From the human T2T-CHM13v2.0 reference genome, Homo sapiens: 64,000 nt of DNA. Position 1 is the stretch's first letter, and each line of letters begins with the position of its first letter. Made by a program: the position numbers and the translations under genes. The stretch lies in assembly GCF_009914755.1 (NCBI RefSeq), contig NC_060928.1; one strand, given 5' to 3'. The notes beneath the pieces were generated by a model, which saw nothing but the letters and a program-made list of their open reading frames with translations, had not been told where the DNA came from and did not search any database. Shown piece after piece: positions 55,401 through 64,000 of the stretch.

Positions 55401-56734
55401 CTTTCACTTTATAAATATCATTTTTATTTTATCTACATGTTTATAGTCTACATAATTTGTATAAGATATATTTATATATCCTATAGTGTTCAGTTACATA
55501 TGAAATTTTTAAATATACATTTGAATTTACATAGTGTAACCAAATTAAAAGAATTTTAAACACTCAGATATTTTTAAAGGTGACATCTATTATAGCTATA
55601 GAAAAATGTGACCAGCGAAAAGCTGATAAATAAAAAGACTCATTTTGACTAAACAGTGGCTCAGCAAATTAAATCATTTAATGCATTGAATGATCCTATA
55701 ATTTCTTAATATTCATTTAAAAGCATTTTCTGACAATTTTTATTTTAAATTAATCATCAGAAGACAAATTTTTTTAGCAATATAAATACTTGAAAATATT
55801 CAAAATATTTGTGCTCTTTAAGCTGAACTCATATAGATATAGGACTGAATAGCTACAGCAAGATGGGAATATCTTTGTAAATAGAGCAAATTATGGATGA
55901 GAAACTTGTAAGTTTTTATTTTTATTTTTTTCTTTGTTTTTGGTTTCTTTTCTTTGTTTTAGTTCCTTTCTTTGTTTCTTTTTTTTTTTTTTTTAAGTTT
56001 TTATTTTTATTTGCCTTACCATCAGTAAGGCTCAATCTTAGGTATTTTCCTCTAAATACAAAATGACACGTTGAAGAAATTTTTCTTAATAATTATATAA
56101 ACACTATATAGTCCATATTACATGGACAAATTTTTTAAGTATTTTCTGTATCAAAGTTAAATTAACTTCTAAAACATGAGAATTGAAAAAGAGAAATAAT
56201 TTATAATACTCTGCTATTATTTACTTAGCTAACACTTAGAAATTTTAAAGCTTCAACATTTTTCCTTTCACAATATTTCAATAGTAGGCAGTACCTGCAC
56301 CCAGTTAAAACAATGCAAAAATAATACAGTATAGCTTGGAAAATATAACCAGTCTCTTTTCTATACTTGAAAGATAATATTTTCCGCACAGCTCTTTCTC
56401 ATTGCTCATCAATAAGTTTCATACCATTAACATAGCAATTTGCTCTCATTGACATCAGTGTGAAAAATTACATTCTTAACTAGGCATATGAGCCAAGTAA
56501 TTTTCAAAATATAAAACAGTGAGAGCAAACTATGAGATGACATCAGAGTCAGAAGGAAGAGGGTAAAATAAAATAGAAAAATTACAACTTACAAATCAGA
56601 CCAGAGATTCCAGAAAGAGTAATGCTTAAGGAAATGTATACTTAATAGGGAATAAGGATTTTGTGGATTTTTTTAAGTTTCAACATAGTTCTTTTTAAAA
56701 CCATCCATTTATTTAATCTGTATGAAAAGGTGTA

Positions 56735-57044
56735 ATATTACTCTCCAACATGGTAGCCACTGGCCACATGTGGCTATGAGCATTTCAAGTGTGGCTAGTC
56801 CAAATTGAGATGTTCTTTAAGTGTAAAATACACCTGGGATTTCAAAAATTTAGTACAAAAAAGATCAAATATATTCTTAGTAACTTTTTATATTGATTAC
56901 ATGTTGAGGTGATAATATTTTGGATATGTTGTTAAATAATATATATTAGTAAAATTTATTTCACCTGTTTCTTTTTACTTTTTGTATATTCACCAGAAAA
57001 TGTAAAAGTATACTTCTTGCATTCTATTTCTAATGAACAGCACT
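56735..57044 (+). mobile_element. MER33 hAT-Charlie element
   Basis: atggtagccactggccacatgtggcta...gtgtaaaatacac...tatattgattacatgttga...tttcacctgtttctttttac...aacagcact. Confidence 0.88.
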
Positions 57045-58804
57045 AGTGTAGAGTACATACTCATTGCACTAGAAATAATTAGTGACTCCAATCAAAATTT
57101 TGATGGGACTTATTTTTTCTGAAAAGCCTAAAAGATATCTTAAACAGATAAGTTTGTTTATTTTGACCAGCCTAACTGACAAAATTAGCCAAAAGAAAAA
57201 TAAAAGTGAAGTAAATCCAAAGTCAGTAAAAAACACAAAACATGGGAAGTTATATAAAGATAGATAAATTGAGCAATTTTCCACTGGTCACATTGTTCAA
57301 ATAGCTAAACCATTTGTGCTTATTGATACAACTCAATTTCTTATCTAAATCAATCAGATTAATCCAGCTAGGGAATATCTTACATTCTTGTTATTGTCCC
57401 AAATATATTGGTCAGATATTATTCCAAGCAATGGCTAGAATATTACATTCAAAAGCATAAGAGTGATAATGGGCATTAGGCTTATATATACAAAGGATGT
57501 TTACAAAACATGGAGTTTTAACTACTAATTATTTTTTAAGTAATATATTAATTTCTTAGAAATAAGACATTAATCCTATCAACAATCAGTAGCACGATTA
57601 TTTTATTGGCAAATATGTTTGGGTATATAATGGTATCAAAATAGATACTGAAAGCCGAAAATTTTAATCAACCAACTAGCTGTTTTATACAGTGTTGAAC
57701 AATCATAGTCAATAAAGTGGGTGTATCCAAAGAGCAGATTGGAACCCACTTTCATATTAAATAACATGAGAAAAGAAATGGCAAATAGAACTGAAAAATC
57801 TCACAGCTATGTAAGAAATAAATTATACTGCCTATACTAAGCTTCCATTTAACAGAAAGCTTTCCTTTCTCGTACTCTGTTTCCAGTAGATTTGTCACTT
57901 AAAGTTCTGTTCACATGGAATTTGATGAAATCCCCAGCAGACCACAAGATTGGTAAACCTGTTCTAACTGCTCTTACAATATCATGGAACAGAGCTTGAA
58001 TTACCAATCCACCAGAGAATGCTAATGCAATTATGAGTGTTTACTTACACCATGTGTTTCTCACTGAGCCTCCCCCGCTGTGTCAGGATAAACCAAAGGG
58101 AGCTAATGTTTTATAGATGGTAAGACTCTGTTTGTTTTCAGTAGGGCTAAGTCTCCCAAAGCACTCAGACACACTAATTAAAGTAAACTGCAGAGGCCCA
58201 TAATAAAATATATGTGTTTGGAGACTGTGAGATGAACCCTACTGGCTTATTAAAAGTCAAAAGAAAAATATACATTATTTATGACTTCAAAGGGACACAT
58301 TGTGAGCTCCAGTTTATTTAAAGGATTAACTAAGCAGTGGTTATTGGTGACCATCTGAACAGTTCTTCTTTCACAGTTCATTAGTTCTGTCATATACGTG
58401 AGAAGTCATCATTTGGGTTCAAATCAAATATTATTAATCAAATAAATTACAGAGGGTACACCAACATTATTAAATGGAATCTTTGTGAAAATAGCTGCTA
58501 ATAAATCTGGTACTTACTTTTTAACAGTTGCCTAGTTGCAACAATGTGATTTAGGTTTTCAAAATGTTGTATAAGTATTAAATAATACATTCTTCATAAA
58601 TTTGGCCCTTCCAGAAATAGAAAGTTGGGGAATATAATTACAAAACAAATTGCTTCATGACTATCTATTTTCACAGAAGTTACTCCTTTAATCTAGAAAC
58701 CTGGAAATTTCACAGGGAGTCCACTTTCCCATTTTCAACACAAGGCTGCAAGAGAAGAAAAAGTAATGGCTCATCAAAATTGAAGCCTTTCTATATCTTC
58801 AATA

Positions 58805-58832
58805 TTTTTTTTGAGACGGAGTCTTACTCTGT
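58805..58832 (-). mobile_element. Minimal Alu 3' stub (20 bp plus T tail)
   Basis: ttttttttgagacggagtcttactctgt. Confidence 0.7.
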
Positions 58833-59304
58833 GGTTTATTAATTGTTCTAAATCAAGCCACATAATTCAAAGTGCACCATTTCTACTTTGCTTAAATAAG
58901 TCTGAACTAAGGATGATCAAAGCAAATCAATATTGCTGCATTTGTTCCCTGGCATTTATCTGAATAATTGCAAACTAGCCATGTTATTATTTCTATCAGT
59001 AAAAACTTTATATCATTTAACTGAATATTAACTTGCATCTGAAGAGTTCTTATAAATAAAACTGCACATATTTCATGGTACAGTCACTGAGAGAGTTTGT
59101 TTCTCATGTATTTCTAGGTTACCTTGAGATTTACCTGAGTTTATACATTAAAAAAAAATGTACTCCCAAATAAGTAGCTGGACTTAAGATATCCCTTCTG
59201 AACTAGCTAGGAAGCAGAGGCTTTTTCGAGATAGCAGAAATGCTACTGTAGATCTGATATTGCCTCTGATTGAATTATTAGAGCTTTAATTTCATTTTTT
59301 CTTT

Positions 59305-59405
59305 ATTCTCTCTCTCCTTCCTTCCCTTCTTCCTTCTCTCTTCTCTTTCTCACTCACTCTCTCTCTTTTTCTCTCTCCCCACCAATCCCATCTGTGTCTC
59401 TCTCT
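59305..59405. repeat. CT-rich low-complexity tract
   Basis: Read directly from the sequence. Confidence 0.8.
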
Positions 59406-60449
59406 GTTTGGCATTTGTTTCCATCTGAAATTTGCCCACAGTCTTTGTCATCATACACTTAGGAGAATACAATAAAACCTAGAGTTACGAGATGACATTT
59501 TGAACATTATGGGTTACATGTCCAGGAGGTGAATTAAAGTTGCTGCCAGTTATGAAGTAATGATAGAATATTTATTTTTATTTTCTTTATACATTCATTT
59601 TAATACCACTATCTTATACCATCATAAAGCAGAAAAAGACAAACTAAATAAAATAAAATAAACATTACCAAAATAGTACTTATTGAACATTTATTTTATT
59701 TCTATAATTTGTGTAACTTTACCTCAACAATGAGATTTATATAAGTTTAATTTTCAGATTTCATTAACCTATTAGCAGCAAAATGTATAATTTTAATGTT
59801 CTCCAAGGTATTAATGATGAAAAGAGTATATTACTTCCACTTGATTGTAAGTTGTTTCCCTAAATGCATATTACAATGGGAAAATAATAAAATTTATTGG
59901 ATGAAGGGCTACTTGTCTTCTTTCTCCCATTTTTCTTGTGTCTACCTCTATTTTTTTTTTATCTCTTGTCCAATGGGCTTCCTAAGTCTATTTCTCTGAA
60001 ATATTAAATTTAAGAGCATCTTTTTATCTTCACAATTTTGGAACTATCTCTAACTTCTGGAACTGTAAAGCTTTATGATTTTGTTGTCATTTAATAGAGC
60101 TCTATAGACCTTTTCCAAAAGCATCACTTGATTATTCTGTAAACAAAATTAAGCAAATGAACAAAACACTACCATGAAGGAACACACATTTTTAAAATCC
60201 ATGCTCCCTTGAGCAATAAAAAGCAATTTGGCATGTATTGTGAACATGTATGTGTGAACTCAGTAAACTTCAGACAAGTCCCTTTAGTTTTGTTTCTTTG
60301 GTCCAAATAGTATCCTCTACTCATAGTCCCATTTTAACTATCTCTACCAGAATCAGGGTGTCCTTATTTCTGCATTGAATTGAAAGTATTTTACAAATAT
60401 AATAAAGATTTTCCATTTTCAAATTAAACTTTGGTTTGAAATAAGATAA

Positions 60450-60645
60450 AGAATAGCTACATTTCTTTAGCATTTACTGTGAGATAGATCTATTATTACC
60501 TTCATTTTATAGATAAGAACAGTGAGATTTAGATAGATAGTTATTTTTTTAGTGTCATACTCTTGGTAAGCAATGAAGCCTTGATCTTGATACTAGCACA
60601 GACCTGTCTGAATCTAGAGCTGAAAGCTCAACTATGATCATGAAT
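60450..60645 (-). mobile_element. MIR fragment
   Basis: ctgtgagatagatctattattaccttcattttatagataagaacagtgagatttaga. Confidence 0.72.
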
Positions 60646-61904
60646 TGCCTTTCCAGTAATAGAAAACCAGTTGTCAAGCTACAAGACCAGATTTTAAGGC
60701 TCGTGATTAGACTGATAACGGATTTTGCCAAAAAATTAAATTGAAAATATTTGATTGCTTAAATTATTTCATTAAAGTGTTTCCACCTCGTCTACAATAA
60801 TAATGTAGATTATCATTATTATTATCTTAGAAACAAGAGGCTGGACAATGGAATGAATCAAACTTCCCTGACCACAGCATTCCTTAAAATGTTCATTACC
60901 CTCACATTGTGTGGCCTTGTTTTATCTTCTTAAGAGCATTGTTGTTGGAATTTATATAAACTTACTTCCTCTGGATAAAGATCTATGTTTGGATCCAAAA
61001 TTTTCATATTATCAACATGACAATATTGATATAATGTTGTTTTGCCTCCTCCACAAGATTGCATCTTCCAAATAGCATAAATTGTGTCTCATTCATGCTC
61101 AAAGCCCGCTACACTGTAAGATTCCAGTACACATTCAACAAATGCTTATTGAACAAACTCATACTACTTTGTAGCATCCATAACAAGTTCCACAGTCTTC
61201 TGTATATGAATGGTATTCAGTAAATACACATTGGAAAAGTTATGACCTCTTTATTAAATAAAGAAGAACATCTTACTCAAAATATAACAGTAAAAGCATT
61301 TAATGTTTTAATGCAAAACCTCAAATATGGGTGGCCAAAAGAAATCATGGTAAGGTGACTTCCCTAAAATAAGACCCACCAAATCGCTAAGATCCAAAAT
61401 AAAAATGAGAGATTTTTATTAATATATTTAATCCCATCTAACATCTTTCCCACTCAACTTTGAAAACAACAGGAAGTAGAAGAAAATGCCAAGTTATTAG
61501 TTGGTCTAGGACAGTCTTAGAAACAATTTTAAATTTATAACTCCAAATCTGAAGACTCAAGTATTTCTTCTAAAAATATTTATTTAGAAATAATTTAATA
61601 CCATAAAGATATATAAAACCTTTTTTTCAGGTTTACAATTTAGTGTAGGGTCTGAGATTCAAATAGTTAAAAAAAGGAAAGAAAAAAATGAAGTAGGATT
61701 TTCTCTTTCATATATTTATTCTAATAGGTATAATTTTATTAGCATCTGTCTTATCCATGAGACTGTAAGGCTTATTAGACAGAGGTTATGTCTATTTTTC
61801 TTCTTGATTTATTCCCAGTACCAAAGGCAGTACCTAGAAAACACGCACATTAAACCATCATTTGTTAACTGTTTATTATTGAGTTGTATATATCATTAAG
61901 TCCT

Positions 61905-62420
61905 GTAGGATTTTAGAGAGACAGTGATTGCTTCCAGTTGGAGTAATTATAGAAGGCAGTGGAAACAAAATAGCTTTTGAGTTGATCTTGAAGAATGAGT
62001 TCGAATTTCAGTAGATGGGGTTAAAAGTGTGTATTTCCATGTTGAGGAGCAAGGGAGTGGAGTTGAGGAAGGAAGGCTATCAGGCAGATAGAATAACACA
62101 AAGATAAAATACAAACATATTCAATTATAGCAAGCAAATTAACTGAAATGTGGGATTGGGGAGAAGGATTCCACAATAAAAATAATAATAATAGAACAGA
62201 AAGCTAAAAATTCAGATAAGATCAAAATTCAGAAATCCTTGAAATCTAAGCTAAATGTGGAAGGCTTTTGAACAGGGAATGAATAGCATTTTGTGAATCT
62301 AAATCTTCTAATAGACTGCAGCAGTTACTGCACCAAAACAATCGAAGCAGAAAACACTAGTTAGGAGACAATTGCAAAAATCCAAGTGGGAGGTAGATAA
62401 AGTTATGAAAATGTTTCTGC
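61905..62420 (-). mobile_element. L2 fragment
   Basis: cttttgagttgatcttgaagaatgagt...ggcttttgaacagggaatga...agttaggagacaattgcaaaaatccaagtgggagg. Confidence 0.65.
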
Positions 62421-62479
62421 TAATTAATTTTTGCAAGATTTTTCCTTTAAATCAGCAAATTGTTAATTTTAGGGCTAAG

Positions 62480-62625
62480 GTGATTTTAGAAATTATCTTG
62501 CTCAAAACCCCATATTTTTATGATTTAGGAAATTGAGGACTAAAGAGATTCAATGATCTGCCTAAGATTCCAAAGCCAAGACTGGAAGTGGATCTTCTAG
62601 TTTCCAGTTCTATTGTTCTTTCTAT
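62480..62625 (-). mobile_element. MIR3-like fragment
   Basis: tttagaaattatcttgctcaaaacccc...ggaaattgaggactaaagagattcaatgatctgcctaag. Confidence 0.6.
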
Positions 62626-63221
62626 CTTAAATATATGCCTCCCTCAAGGTGACGCTTTAAATTAAAAGGAATTAACAAAGTAACAAATACAGAAATAGGA
62701 CCTTTATTGCTACTTCACTAACCGAACAGTAACCTTATTTAATAGATCTTCCCTGCCTTATTTAATAGATCCCACTGAAACATTGTAATAAATGTAATAA
62801 AAGGGGAGATTAGGGCAAACATCAGTGGGAAGACATTAATTAGAGAAGGACCTCACCAATTCTCAGTTGACTAATCCTCAAACCCTGTAATTCTCATAAG
62901 AAAACTGGCAATCTTGCTTTACTTCTTATTGAAGAGATTTTCCAGCCAAAGAGAGCAGCAAGCTCAAGTAATCAGAATCTCATTAATTTTATTAAATATG
63001 CTATAAAGTCTCATAATAAATAATTAAGCCCTATCAGATATCTGATAGTCTTATCCCTTCTTATAGACATAAATAAAATGACAGTGCTTACAATGAAAAT
63101 CATAAAAGATAATTGTGATTATTGATGATAATAATACCTTATGTTTGTTTCAAGAGATTTTAAAGCTTTTCAAAGCTTGACTGTTGCATCATAATTGGCA
63201 TACAAAGCATTTATGTCCTAA

Positions 63222-63448
63222 TCTATATAAATAAGTTTCTATCAACTACCTGTTACACCATCACTTGAAAATGGCTAGACAGATTTTCACCAAATTTGGC
63301 TTGTGATGGCCTGACTTAAGACATAAAATAATAATTGCTCAACAAATCCAGTGAGGAGGGCCCTCACAGGGGGGGTCTCCAAGGGAGAAGCTTTATCATC
63401 CAGAAACTGCCAATAGTGTTTGAAGCTGCACTGGGCAGAATAAACTGA
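63222..63448 (+). mobile_element. Probable non-autonomous mammalian Helitron (Helitron*N*_Mam-like)
   Basis: A|TC start (tctatataaataag), aaaatggctagacagattttcaccaaatttggc motif, short ctgc...gcag stem before a CTRR-like end. Confidence 0.5.
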
Positions 63449-63726
63449 AATACATAGATATAGTCTATGCTTATCTTATTAGGTATTAGAATATGATCCA
63501 AGGTTTCTTTTTCACTATTAAAAAATGTTAAAGACTGTCAAGTTTGTTTTTTAAAAATATATCATACATTTCTACTTATATAGGTAAATACTTCTGGCTA
63601 TTAGTAAAATTCAAAGTGCTGTAATTTTGTTTCTTTGTTTTTGACTGTACCTGGATTACAAATGCAATACAGAATTTATCATTTCAGTTTATTCTTTTTC
63701 ATATAGCCATTAAATCAGTTGCTTGA

Positions 63727-64000
63727 TGTGGTAGGCAGAATCTCTCCCCTAAATATGTCCACACCCTAATTCTTGGAACCTGTGAATATGCTAATTTGCA
63801 TGGCAAAAAGGATTGTGAGAATGTAATTAAAATTACAATCCTTAAAATGTGGTAATTATCATGGATTATCCTGGTAGGCCCAGTGTAATCACATGAGCCA
63901 TGACTCTGGCCATAGTCAGAGATGTTGCGGAAGGAGAAATCAGAGAGATTTGAAACATGATAGGGAATTGGTTCACCATGATTAGAGGTGACCTATGGAA
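63727..64000 (+). mobile_element. MLT1D-like MaLR LTR, running off the end of the window
   Basis: tgtggtaggcagaat...tggaacctgtgaatatg...catggcaaaaagga...ggattatcctggtaggcccagtgtaatcaca. Confidence 0.9.

Noticed and set aside
54800-56700. Long, very AT-rich stretch as a possible matrix-attachment or origin element
   Set aside because: Composition alone is not evidence, and no specific structure was seen.

Overview
This is AT-rich, CpG-poor DNA from a simian primate (human-like), identified by its Alu, L1PA, THE1 and Hsmar1 elements. It is probably intergenic or deep intronic. I find no credible protein-coding gene, RNA gene, CpG island or CRISPR array, and nearly all ORFs in the track are read-throughs of repeats or low-complexity sequence. 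Roughly 40-50% of the window (estimated by eye) is recognisable transposon debris. That includes a near full-length Hsmar1 mariner with a frameshifted transposase, about a dozen Alus, young and old L1s, L2/MIR fragments, MaLR/ERVL solo LTRs, several DNA transposons and a probable Helitron. The points most worth checking are unusual insertion junctions, an intact SETMAR-type binding site, several perfect hairpins or palindromes, and three non-repeat clusters of developmental transcription-factor motifs that look like enhancers. I did not find convincing evidence of a new biological system. Repeat family names come from recalled consensus sequences and need RepeatMasker/Dfam confirmation, and boundaries of old elements are approximate.
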